A DNA stretch of 64,000 nucleotides, taken from Blepharisma stoltei ATCC 30299. Taxonomy: Eukaryota; Protista; Ciliophora. The notes under the pieces were generated by a model. It had not been told where the DNA came from and ran no database searches. It worked only from the letters and a program-made list of their open reading frames with translations. Made by a program: the position numbers and the translations under genes. This document shows positions 1-11,411 of the stretch, piece after piece (the stretch's first letter is position 1; each line of letters begins with the position of its first letter). The stretch spans positions 794,818-858,817 of the forward strand of contig CBFDEM010000057.1 in NCBI GenBank assembly GCA_965603825.1, given 5' to 3'.

Positions 1-449
1 CATTGACCTCTGTCCACGATCTAGAACTCGGCCTCCAAACCTATTATTCAATTGACGGGCACAGATTTACCTTAAATAAAACTTTTTCAGAAGTAAACGA
101 GGCTGAATATGACGCTTTATTTATCACTGGAGGCGGCGCACCTGAATATATAAGATTAAATCCAAGGGTCATTGAAATTGTGCAGCATTTCGCGAATAAT
201 AATAAACCTATAGGCACTGTAGGGCATGGAGTGCAAGTGTTAGCAGCTGCTGGAGTGCTTAGGGGGAGAAAAGTAACTGGGTATATTGCATGTGAGCCTG
301 AAGTCGCTATATCTGGAGGCACTTATGTGAAAAAAGACTGGGGAGAGACCAATGTAGACGGAAATCTTGTGAGCTGTGTAGCTTGGTCTGGGCATGAAAC
401 TTTTGTTGCTGAGTTTTTGAAGGTTTTAGGGACAACAATTGAGCTTTAA
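1..449 (+). CDS. DJ-1/PfpI family (glyoxalase III / DJ-1D-like) protein, 5' truncated by window
   Basis: Motifs YDALFITGGGAPEY, KPIGTVGHG, GRKVTGY, DGNLVS..AW; ends TAA at 449. Confidence 0.85.
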   Translation, partial: LTSVHDLELGLQTYYSIDGHRFTLNKTFSEVNEAEYDALFITGGGAPEYIRLNPRVIEIVQHFANNNKPIGTVGHGVQVLAAAGVLRGRKVTGYIACEPEVAISGGTYVKKDWGETNVDGNLVSCVAWSGHETFVAEFLKVLGTTIEL

Positions 450-540
450 ATAATAAATATCTTTTATATGAGACTTATAATTATAATAAAAACACTAATT
501 TAATACGAAATTTTTTATTTCATAAATACTGGGGAAGCTT

Positions 541-1158
541 TTAAAAATCTCTAGGCTCACGAGTTTCCAAAAACGTTTTAAGTGTCCTTGACGAGTTTAA
601 AAACCTGACTTTCCACTGTCTCAGCTTATTATGCCCTTCTAATGTCTCTGGGTGAAATTTTTCAATGATATTATGAAGTACAGCAAATACATGGAAATCT
701 GCCCTAGTAGGATGATTTCCCACAAAGTATCCGCTTCCTCCATTATTTTTATCAAGCCTTGCCTCTATTATTCTAAGCCACTCAGGGACTTTTTCTGTAA
801 ATACTTTACTAAGTCCTTCAAAGTCCTTATTAAAGGCTAAAGGAGTTATAGTGCTGCCAATATCTTCGCATAAGTCGCACAAAGACTCAGTCCAATAGGT
901 TTCTTCACCTTCTGCAGCTCCATAGCCAAATTTATTGCAAAGGTAACGAGAAATTGACTGAGTTTGAGCCAGCCTGTGCCCGTCTACATCTACTATTGGC
1001 AGTTGGGAAAATTCAGCAAAGCCTGAACCCTTCAGCTGAGGCCATTCTTGGAATTGAATTTTATGGTCTTCGAAAGCAGCCCCGGCGTAGTGAAGAATCA
1101 TCCGGATAACGTCAGCTCTCCCATATATGTCGAAGTAGTGAACAGTTATGCCTGACAT
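541..1158 (-). CDS. Glutathione S-transferase (sigma-like)
   Basis: Likely start MSGITVHYFDIYGRA at 1158 (upstream ORF extension is AT-rich non-coding); FSQLP and LAQTQSISRYL GST N-domain motifs. Confidence 0.9.
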   Translation of the reverse strand: MSGITVHYFDIYGRADVIRMILHYAGAAFEDHKIQFQEWPQLKGSGFAEFSQLPIVDVDGHRLAQTQSISRYLCNKFGYGAAEGEETYWTESLCDLCEDIGSTITPLAFNKDFEGLSKVFTEKVPEWLRIIEARLDKNNGGSGYFVGNHPTRADFHVFAVLHNIIEKFHPETLEGHNKLRQWKVRFLNSSRTLKTFLETREPRDF

Positions 1159-1492
1159 TATTATATAAATTTGGTTTGGAAAGGAAATTCCAATGGTGTT
1201 AGATTGGCTACTTAAAACAATTAGATGGCAATAATAAAAAGATAAAGAATGTGACTGATTGGAATCAGCCAAATTTATACTTTTTGTATGATTTTTTAAT
1301 AGAAAAACATTCAATTTAAGGTATAATTTATTATAAATAAGGGCAGTAGGCTTAACAAAAATTAAATTATTTATTTTAATATAGAAAATAAAAAATTAGA
1401 TTAAAACAATCAAACTGAATAATTATTGTAAATAATCTCCAGCATTTTACGCTAAATTTTGATTCGCTTTTCTAAGCTGTCAGTTAATAATA

Positions 1493-2188
1493 ATGGGTTG
1501 TGGTAAAAGCAACGCTCAACAGCCAACTCCGCCTACTAAGGTCTCAGCTGGATCTAAGCCTACTTTCCAAAATGTAGTTTATCACTATTTCCCTGTTTAT
1601 GCAAGAGGAGAAGTTGTCCGTCTGAGTCTTCACTATTTAGGTGTCGCCTACACAGAAGACTTCGTCACTTTCCAAACTTGGCCAGACTTTAAGCCAAAAA
1701 CAGAATTTGGACAAATTCCAGTGTTAGATATCAATAATCTGAAACTCGCGCAAACGAAATCAATCATGCGTTATCTTTTTCAATCCTTCAAGCACTATCC
1801 AGCAGATAACTTCCAAGCTTACAACGTTGAAAGTCTGGTTGATTTAATAATTGACATGAGAAATCCTCTATATGAAGCACATGTAAAAAAAGCCCCAGAG
1901 CAAGTTGAAGCCCTTTACTCAACAAAATATCCTGAACAGCTGAAAATGTTAGCAAAAAGATATTCAACGTATGGGTCAAAGAAGTTTATGGTCGGCCAAA
2001 GTGTGACTGCGGCTGATTTATATGCATTTGAGTATATATACGACTGCTTTATGACTCCTTTAACAAAACAATACGAAAATTTGCTTGATCAGCATTGTCC
2101 AGCAGTAAAGGTGTGGGCCAAAGAGTTTTTGGAGTCATCACAGGCATTGAAAACGTATTTAGCTTCAAGGCCTGAAAGACCATTTTAA
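1493..2188 (+). CDS. Glutathione S-transferase (sigma-like) with N-terminal MGCGKS acylation-type extension
   Basis: HYFPVYARGE, FGQIP, LAQTKSIMRYL; divergent from the paralogue at 541-1158. Confidence 0.9.
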   Translation: MGCGKSNAQQPTPPTKVSAGSKPTFQNVVYHYFPVYARGEVVRLSLHYLGVAYTEDFVTFQTWPDFKPKTEFGQIPVLDINNLKLAQTKSIMRYLFQSFKHYPADNFQAYNVESLVDLIIDMRNPLYEAHVKKAPEQVEALYSTKYPEQLKMLAKRYSTYGSKKFMVGQSVTAADLYAFEYIYDCFMTPLTKQYENLLDQHCPAVKVWAKEFLESSQALKTYLASRPERPF

Positions 2189-2331
2189 CTAATCATAATA
2201 TTTATGATAAGAATTTCTAATGACGTATACTTATTAATGAAAATCCCTATCTATAAATCTGAATCCAAATTTATATTAATTTTATCAGCCTAACCGATTA
2301 TTCTTATTAAAGCTTTAATTATTTTATACAT

Positions 2332-2709
2332 CTAATTATATTTTCTCAGTGTATGAAACATTGGTTTTAATGTATGCTTTTCCTCGTAGCACTTTTTACA
2401 GAATTTCGCATAGTTGCATTCTTTACAGTAACCTTCAGCGTTTTTTAAACAATTTGAGCACAAAAATTTCACTATGTAAAAGTTACCCCTAGTGACCGTT
2501 GAATAGCCGATTCAACTTAATGATCTTTGATGTAATGGTGAATTTTCTGGGCTACTATTGTCTAGATAAACATTATTTGAATAAGGAGGGGAGTCAGGCA
2601 TTACTTTTATTGGAGAACTCAAAGGAGAACGGGGAAGCTGGGAACGTGAAGACTTTGGCTTTCTTGCTGTGGAACAACAGCAGAATTGGTTTAGCAAGCC
2701 AGCTATCAT
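2332..2709 (-). CDS. Small B-box-type zinc finger protein (one UGA-Trp, probable 15-nt intron)
   Basis: Reading through TGA at 2512-2514 gives CSNC..YCKEC...FCKKCYEEKH...H, stop TAG at 2332-2334. Confidence 0.65.
2472..2486 (-). other. Probable 15-nt spliceosomal intron GTAACTTTTACATAG (in-frame, no stop)
   Basis: Matches the GTA/A10/AG consensus of the other introns; not required to keep the frame open. Confidence 0.6.
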
Positions 2710-2985
2710 TAATTATTCATATTTTGTTATGAAAAAGATAAGCTTAATATTCGTGGCCAGAAATTAAGAAATTAATTATTCTCAATGAAAGCTTATCTAA
2801 TAAGTATCAATTATATATTGCTTTGACTGCGTGATTCTTAGGATTTTATATAACAAGTATTTAAATATTCTCCCCATTTTTCCTTATGATGCTATTTTTA
2901 AAAGATTTATTTCTCTAAATAATATTTTTATTTTATATCACTTGTAAGATTATTGATTTTTGTGATCTTCTGATATCATAAAGAA

Positions 2986-3975
2986 ATGGTCTGTTATAAA
3001 GGAAACGGAGTAAAGGTCAAGCTCAAACTTATCAATCCCTTGCTCTTTATAGACAATAGTGATTTTTTCCTAGCATTTTCCAGTTTTTCCAATCCTTCTC
3101 TACTTGCGAAGCAGCTTAGCAATAAAAAGAAGTTCATCATTTCACGCTCAGAGTCTGGCTACAATATTGTGCAGAACCGTATTGTTTTGATTAATTTAGA
3201 TAAAAGCCCACAAGAGGCTTTTTATGAAGTCTTCCAAATCATTGTAAATGCAGAGCCTTCCCAAGAAGGAAATAAGAAAATTAAAAGAATTCTTTTGGCT
3301 TTTCCTGAAAATCCAGACCTATGACTATATGCAATAGAAGAAGTAATAAAAGCCCTGTTGAACAGTTCTGGCATAAGAGTATCACTGACTATATGCTTGA
3401 AAAGCCAAGAATTAGAGATAATAAAAAGTCATTTGAGGGATTCCAATTTTCATACTGAATTAAATGTGAATAACGTAAAAAGGCTTAGAAGATACTTTTT
3501 TTCAAGATTTATCTGTCAATCTTGCTCAGAGTTCGCTTATAAACCTTACGTTTCAAGATGCTGCTACTCAATTTATTGCAATTCATGTGTCAAAAATTTA
3601 TATTGCAAGGTGTGCAATAATCGATGTGAATTTGAAATTAATTTAGCAATAAAAAAATTAGTCAATGAATCACCTTATTATTGTAACTGTGGAGAATCGA
3701 TAAAAGTAAAAGACATTGAAAATCATATGCTAAGTTGTGCAGCAAGCTTATTTCGCTGCAAATTTATAGGCTGCTCTTTTGAAGGCTCCCAAATAGAGCT
3801 TATGGATCACGTTTTTCAATTTCACACAGAAACAATACTAGAAAGAATGAATGAATATGCAGAAATTGATATAAGCCAGAAGCAGCGGCTTATCCAATGC
3901 AGAATGTGTGGAGATTTTAGCGAATCTCAATGCAAAAATTGTTTAAAAAGCCTTCCAATAGCTAAAAAATTATAA
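2986..3975 (+). CDS. RING plus SIAH/TRAF-type zinc finger protein with a possible degenerate macro-like N-terminal domain
   Basis: Two track ORFs join in frame through TGA 3322-3324; CQSC..CC..YCNSC..CKVC RING-like motif, then C-C..H..C and CKFIGCSFEG..LMDH...H fingers. Confidence 0.75.
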
Positions 3976-4001
3976 TAATGCTTAAGAAATATTGATATTA
4001 T

Positions 4002-7000
4002 TTAGAATTTATTGAGATCTGCAATGATTTTTCCAATCTCGCTTGTTTTTTCATGGCTTTCTCCCAGTGTAGATTTAAATATAGAAAACGCTTTTTCTAA
4101 ATAAATCAAAGCAATTTGTTTATTTTTGATATTTGCAAGGCCCATGTAATGATAACAAACCCCAGCCGCTTCACTATTTTTTCCTGATTTTCCTTTAATT
4201 ATTTTTAATGACTCTTTTAGGTGTTTCATAGCATCATTATCCGAGCCAAGTTTTAATTGGCAGTACCCGAAGTCACACAAAAACTGGGCTTTGGCCAGCT
4301 CATCTTTTTCATTTTCACAATAGTGGATTTCGTCAGCACTTTCATATTCTAATATAGCTTCATTTCACATAGACGCTCCTAAATAAAACCCAGCTAGCTT
4401 GTTATAAGCTTTTCCCACTTCTAGACTTCTGTCGCCGAATTTTATTTTTCTTATTTCTAGGACTTGCCCCATGCATTTTTTGAATCCGTCAGATTTGCCA
4501 ATTTTCGAGTAATTTTCAGCTGCCTTGACTAAAAATTCAGTCTCATCTTCGTCAAAGCCTTCTTTAGTGATTTCAAAGCAGTCTAAGTAGCATTGTATAG
4601 CTTCTTTATATTTCTGCATGCTTTCTGCAAATTCAGCTGTTTTGATTAGTAATTCTAATGTCTCTTCGTTATTATGTTCTATGTTGTTTTTCGCTGCTTC
4701 TACCTGTTTAAGGCGAAATTCCAAAGCCTTTTGTGGGTTATTCAGTTCACGGCAGATTCTAAATGCAGCATAAGCCCATTGAGCAACATCTGATGTCAAG
4801 TGCTTTGGCTGATCTAATAAATAATTCAAAGCTCTTTCATATAACTCAAGGGCTTCTTCTGGCTGATTTTGGTTTTGTGCAAGCTTAGCTAGAGATGCAT
4901 AAGACTTGCAGCACTCATAATGAGAAGTAGGGACAATTTTTTGCCTTATTTCTAATGCTTTTTCTAGGTATTCAGTAGCTTCTGGGATCTGACTATCAGC
5001 TAGATGTAATAGTCCTATTCTTTCACAGGTGTGTGCACAAAACAAATGGTCTTCTCCAACAGTTGTTTTTATGATCCTTTCTGCATCTAGTGCATATTTC
5101 ATTGCTTTTGGCTTATTTGTGCAGCATTTTGACAGGAAATATAAAATTTTAGCTATTTTTAGGTCATCTAGGCCATATCTTTGGACCCTGATTTCTAATG
5201 CACATTTTAAGTGATTTAGGGCTTCTTCACTTCTTTTACAAGCAATATAAAAATTTGCAATTAAAATATGATAATCACTCAAAATATCATGATGTGTCCC
5301 TACAATTTTACAAATCGGCTCCAAAAGGTTTTCTGAATAATCCACAAGCCCAGATAGCTCTTCTGACATCGGAGGAGGCTGAGATATTAAGCTAGAAATA
5401 TATGCCAAATAATGGCAGCATTTTTTGTAGAGCTCTAAAAATGAAAATCCCAAAGCGATTTTTATAAGAATGATTAAGGTAACAATCACATTTTCAGGGG
5501 CTGAAACTTGGTCTTCTATTATAGGCTCATATGGTCTTAAAATTTCATGAAAATCTTGATTGAGGACTCCGATTTCTATAATTGACTGTGAAATAGAAAA
5601 TATAGCATCTGGAGAAGTTAGCCCAAGGATTTCTTTGGATTTTAATATTTTTTCCAGCTCATTAAACTTGCCTAACTCACTGAGCGTGCTACAAATTCCT
5701 ACCTTTGAGTACAGCAATAAATCTTTGTTTTTACATTCCTGAATAATTTTTGTAAATAAATCCGAAGCTTCACGAGTCTTATGGAGCTTTAAATTGCAAT
5801 AGGCTTCCCCATAATAAGCTTGATATCTATCCGGATGGTTATATTTTGTCAAAATTTCAATAGAATGATTAAAGCTCTGTGCAGCCTCAGAAAAATTCAG
5901 CTCCACCTTCATTTCATACCTTCCTTTTTCATAAAAAACAATCCCAGCTTCTAATGAGCTTTCTCCTATAATGTATTTTGATAATTTTTTTATATGCAAA
6001 GACGCTTTTCCTGTTATGCAAAATGTCGATAAAATATCTAAATCCCCAATTTCTTGTGTAAAAATCTGCTGCAGTGCCAAAGTCAATTGCTGGGTTTGAT
6101 GAGTTTGCGAGACTATAATTTTTGCTATAAACGGATGGATTTTTATTCTGTGTTTTTCATCTTTTATTATAATTCCTAACTTATTGAGGGTATAAGTAAA
6201 AACTTCGTATTTAGAAGCGTCTGATATTTTGGTTATATGGAAAAATACTTTCAAAGCAATGTCTTGGGAAATCCCTGATACGTCAATAAATGTGAGGCAG
6301 GATAAGAAATTTAGGAAATATGGGTGGTCTTTGGAAAGGCGATTTGCGGTACATTTTCAAACTGTTGCAGCTGATAACTCGAGTGGGGAAAAGCCTTGGA
6401 ATTCAATTTTTTTTAGGGATTGTTTGCATTCAGAATGCAAATCTTTGTATTCTTCAGGGGAGATTTTATAGTAATTGATATATCTTCCTATTAGTTCTAA
6501 GGAAATAGGCATGCCTTCGGCTATTCTTAAAATTGAATCATTAAATAATTCTGTGTATTTGCTTAAAATTAAAGCACAGGTTTCAGATAGGATTGGTTTA
6601 ACTTCGATTATGTTTTCCCATTCAGGAAGCGAGGATGTGACTATAATGTGTCCTTTATTTGGTAAAAAATTCCTAATAGACTCTAAGTTTTCAGCATCGT
6701 CGAATATTAATAATGCAGGCTTGCTTTGGTTGTCTAAGTATTCTTTTATTGAATAAATATTGTCATCAAAAGTGTCTCTGATATGCAGCTCAATTTTTCT
6801 AAATAATTTCAAAAATACAAAAGAAATGTTATTGGCGGATTGTGAAGGAATAAATAAAATAGCAGAATAAAGATCATTGTAAACTTGTGAATATTTAACA
6901 GCTAAAGCAGTTTTTCCTATCCCTGAGTCTCCAACTAAAGCAATTATTTTGTTTTGGGCTGATCCAAAACTATTTCTAATTAGTTGCACTTCTGAATCTC

Positions 7001-8456
7001 TCCCGATACCTGAATATTGGATATAAGGATGAATGATTGGCTTTTCTTCGTCTTCTTCTTCGTCCTCATCTTCTTCACTAATTCTTTTATGATACGTTTT
7101 CAAGCATTCTCTATAAAAATCTGAAAACTCAAACATTTTTTTTACATTTGGATGACTTTCTTGTAAAGCCCTTTGACTGAGAATTAAATCAATTTCTTCA
7201 TCAAATTTGTGGGTTTGCTCTTTGATTTTAATCAAAGTTTCTATTGTTTTAGCTCGAATTCTCCAGTCGTCAATTACATCTGGATCTCTGAAATTACTGA
7301 GTTTATTTAATTGTTCTAGAAGATCAGGATTTTGGGTATGCAAAATTAAAATTTCCACTGTATCTAATATAGCAACAATTTGTTCCCAGGTAGATTTCAT
7401 GCTTTTTGTGATAAATTTAATTAAAAGCTCAATTGAAGCATTTGTGGTCGCTTTTGGCTGCTCCATGTATGCTAAAACTATTAAATCGCTCAATAAGCTA
7501 CGCCCTTTTTTGACAGAGTCTTCAATATAAAGCTTGGCTGTTCCTATGCTAACATTGGGGGTTTCATTTAGCAATTCATTGACCATAAGTTGGATATATA
7601 CAGATAAATGAGGTAATAGAGGGACTCCACTGCTAATTTGGGTGACAATTTGGTCAATTGAATTTATGTAAACTGCAAAAGTGGTTTCTGGGTATGTGCT
7701 TTCGCAGATTCTTAAGAGATCTTTTATTTTAGTCACATAGTCTTGAAGAGGCATTTGATGTTCTTCTTTAAATGAAGGAATTAATTTAGAGACGACCATA
7801 TAAGCTCCTAAATATCGCCTTGCTTGTTTTGCTAGTCTCTCCCTAAAAATTTCCCATTTTTTTCATTTATAAATGACTTTTTTAGTCAAGAGCTCCAAAA
7901 ATCTTGCCCCAATTTCATAGAGTTTTACAGTCCCTGGGAGTCCAATGCTTTCGATTTTTTCAATTATTTCCCCTTCAATGGACCCTTCTTTAAACGAATT
8001 AAAAACCTCATCAATATAGCCAAGAATTTTTTCTTCTTGTCTTTCGTCATGCTTAAATGAGATTGCGGGCGATCCAGGGTCTTCTTCAACTTTTGCTTCT
8101 TCTTTTATGTCTTCAGTAGTCGGAGTGTTGTCAAAAGGCTTAATAATTGAACTACTCGGCCTACGGTCTGTTGGTGGAACTATTGAAGCTGATGCCTTTC
8201 GAGGTTTTTGACCATTGCTTGTGGCACAGTTTCCTCCTCCGCATAAGCCACTTTTACCAATGACTATTACATTGTTGGCTTTATAAAATGTTATATTTCA
8301 TTTATTAAGTGTTTTTGTTTGTGGGTTGTCAATGTGGATTTTGGCGTTTGGAGATATAAGGACTCCTTCTTTAGTAAAAACTTTAGAAGCATGCTCGGGT
8401 TTATCTTTATTGAATTCTATAAGGAAGCCTTCTCGTGTTTCAATATAATCTCCCAT
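4002..8456 (-). CDS. NLR-like STAND (NB-ARC-type) NTPase with C-terminal TPR array, 1484 aa
   Basis: Single frame from ATG 8456 to TAA 4002 with in-frame TGAs; Walker A GDSGIGKT (6909-6932), Walker B LLIFDDA, GMPISL (GLPL-like), IHPF (MHD-like), multiple kinesin-light-chain-like TPRs. Confidence 0.85.
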
Positions 8457-8529
8457 TTTACTAAAGAGAATAAGAAATCTTATATTGTGGGAAAATAATT
8501 CAACGATTATTACAAAGTATTATTTGAAT

Positions 8530-8829
8530 TTAGCTGCGATTTGTATTTGATAGTGAACGAAAATACGCCCTACGGACATCAATTAGCTGCTGAGTCTTCT
8601 CATCAGCTTTTGGAGGTCCTGCTAAATTTCGACTTATTCGCTGAGATTTAGGACCATGCTTCATAATAAATTTTGGCTTGAAAGTAGGTGTCATCAGCTC
8701 TTCTCTTTTTTCTATAACTCCAATTAGCTGTGATAAATTTAAGCTTCCTATTTTGATATTTTCTTTTGATGGCAGCATTTGGACACGAACTCTTGGAACT
8801 TGACTTGATTTGCTTTTCAAAATTTCCAT
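8530..8829 (-). CDS. Hypothetical protein, 99 aa
   Basis: ATG-TAA ORF with coding-like GC between AT-rich flanks. Confidence 0.6.
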   Translation of the reverse strand: MEILKSKSSQVPRVRVQMLPSKENIKIGSLNLSQLIGVIEKREELMTPTFKPKFIMKHGPKSQRISRNLAGPPKADEKTQQLIDVRRAYFRSLSNTNRS

Positions 8830-9153
8830 TTTAAATATTTATTTGAATAATAATCGAAAACTTAGGACCATCTCAATAGATATTCATTTATATTGATGGT
8901 TAGTCTAATTTTTGATATTTTTAGATAACTAATGGAAAACGCTCAAGCATTTTTCAATATAAACAATGGGATATTCTAGGTCTGATATTAATCCTTTACT
9001 TTAAAGTGCCCATAAAAAGTCTGTTTTAATAATTAATTAAATCTAGATAGTTAAAGTTTTATATTAATTATCAATTCCTTCATTATTCAATCATAAATAA
9101 TATAAATCTTCAACAAAATCAGCTCAATCTACAGCACAATCTTTCATATTTAC

Positions 9154-10386
9154 TTAGTTATCTATTTTAACTGGTGTCTTTAGTTCCTCCTCTATCAAAA
9201 AATACGCATACAAGTCACTAAACGGCATCTGATGTCGATCACCACCAAATATATACATAACATCTTCATGGACAACTGCCGAATGTCCATCTCTCTGATG
9301 AGGGGCTCTCCCTTGTACCCTCCCTTCCAGCGAAATATTGATCGTCCTTACATCCATTTCTGTGTTAGCCCTCGGCTTTGGAGTCAACGGGCTAAAAGAT
9401 TCTTTTTTATTCAAATTTGAATTCACAGTATGCCTCCTTGACATAAGATGGCACTTATGGGCTTGCTTATACTCTTCAAGCTGAGCTGCCGAAACAGGAT
9501 CTTTTACCTGATGGTCATTTTGGAACAAAGTCCAATCATTCGTCAAAAACCCATAAGAGTACATCTCATTGGTCTCCTGGGTCTCGTCTTTCATTCCTCC
9601 AAAAATAACCATGACATCTTTATATACAATTGCGGAGTGCCCAGACCTGCCTGCTGGGATTCTTTGCTTTGGGACGACGATTTCTCATATAAAAGTATCA
9701 AGCTTTAGCCTTCAAAAATCGCTGAGTTTTTCTCCTTCATTGCTGGAGCCTCCATAAATGTATAGGTCGTTATGATAAAGGACGGCTGCATGGTTCGATC
9801 GAGGTTCTGGGCCGTTATTTGTGTCTTCTAATTTTCATTTGAAATTAGAGAGGTCTAAAGTATATACTTTATTTGTACGGGTTTCTTCGACAAAACCGCC
9901 GAAAACGATCATAGATGAGCTTATTCCGTTTTCATATAGTGTAGCTGTATGGGAGTCATGGGGCGGAGGAAAGTCAGGAGGATTTGAAGTTATTTTTTCT
10001 ACTCGCCGATTTAATATATCAATTACCCAGGTATCATTAAAAGCCTTTTCTCCATTGGTTCCTCCAAAAATATACATGAAATCCCCTTTCACAATCGCAC
10101 TGTGCCGACACAAAGGCACCAATCCAGGAATTTCGAATTCTTCCCAAATTTCAATGTTTTTATTATCGAGGTCAAAAGCCCATAGACCGCTTTGCAGGCC
10201 ATCCTGGATGTTTTGACCACCATAAATCAGCATTCTGTCCCTCCAGACGCAGGCTGAATGATAACTTCGCCGACTTGGGTGGATTCCAAGCGACCTGATT
10301 TCCTCCCACAAATGCTCAGTATTTTTTTGAAGTTTGGTATTGATTTTTAAGAATGAAAACTGGTCTCTATGACGCTTTGGCTCCAT
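9154..10386 (-). CDS. Kelch-repeat beta-propeller protein
   Basis: Repeated R.GH/HSA..YIFGG units; ORFs join through TGAs at Kelch Trp positions (NFKW, DFW, FIW). Confidence 0.88.
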
Positions 10387-10791
10387 GATAATAATTAGTA
10401 TAGAGAAAATTATAAAAAATTAATCAAAATTGAGAGAATTTCTAGTGGGAAATATGGATCAGTGAAAGAAACAGGAAAATAGGACTAATCAATAATATGC
10501 TAGGAGATTTTATAGGAGTCTCAAAAATAATTAGGAAAATATAATTTAAGAATTAATTATAGAATATTCAATTATACAAATAAACAAATAGCTGCAATAA
10601 TAATTCTGTTTCCAACACTAATACTAATTTAGGAAAAAAAACTATATTGTTTCACATTAATTTGATAATAAAATACAAAATTTCATCAATTTCTCTATTT
10701 TAAACAAACCTAATAAATTATAAATTTATTATTAAAATGCTATTGCGGTTAAATTCAAAAGATTTTTAATACAATTTTATAAAATTTTAAT

Positions 10792-11235
10792 TTACAATTG
10801 TCTAAGAGGAATTCTTTTTCTTGTTTTAACAGGCGAGAAAAACCCTTCTGGGACTTCTATATTATCCAGAACATGGTCTAACTGTCCTTCCAATCTATTC
10901 ATGTGTTCATAAAAAGTATTCCTAATTTCTGGTACTGTAAAAACAGGCTTAGGAAGTGGAGGAGTTTTTGATACGTCTTTTAAAATCACAGGTGGGTTAT
11001 TTTCTTTATTTTGATTTTGTTTTATCATCAATTTTCATACCAAGCTTGGGGGTCTTCTATCACTTGCTGATGAACTTCTAGGTCGTCTTGATGATGCAAA
11101 ATGTTGGCTGAAATATTCAGGGATAAGCTTGGCTTCGATTTTTTTCTTGTTTGCGACCATTACAGGCTTGTTAAGGTTTGCTGAAGGCGGTCTAGGTTTT
11201 ATACAGTTGGGTGTGATTGTAGGCTTGATAGACAT
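10792..11235 (-). CDS. Hypothetical protein, 147 aa
   Basis: Two track ORFs in the same frame joined by TGA 11035-11037. Confidence 0.65.
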
Positions 11236-11411
11236 TTTTGATTTTAAATTATGATTTCATAAAATAAACTGTTATCGATCAATTTTTTGACAGAATAATT
11301 TTGATTTTAAATTATAAGTATTTGCTATTATTCTTAAATAAATTAGCAAAATTTATTCCTAAAATTAACATTCTTATAAAAATTGCCAGAAAAATCTATT
11401 ATTATAAGAAA

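Noticed and set aside
1159-1314. N-terminal extension of the GST in the ORF track
   Set aside because: Non-ATG start and AT-rich intergenic composition; the GST fold begins at 1158
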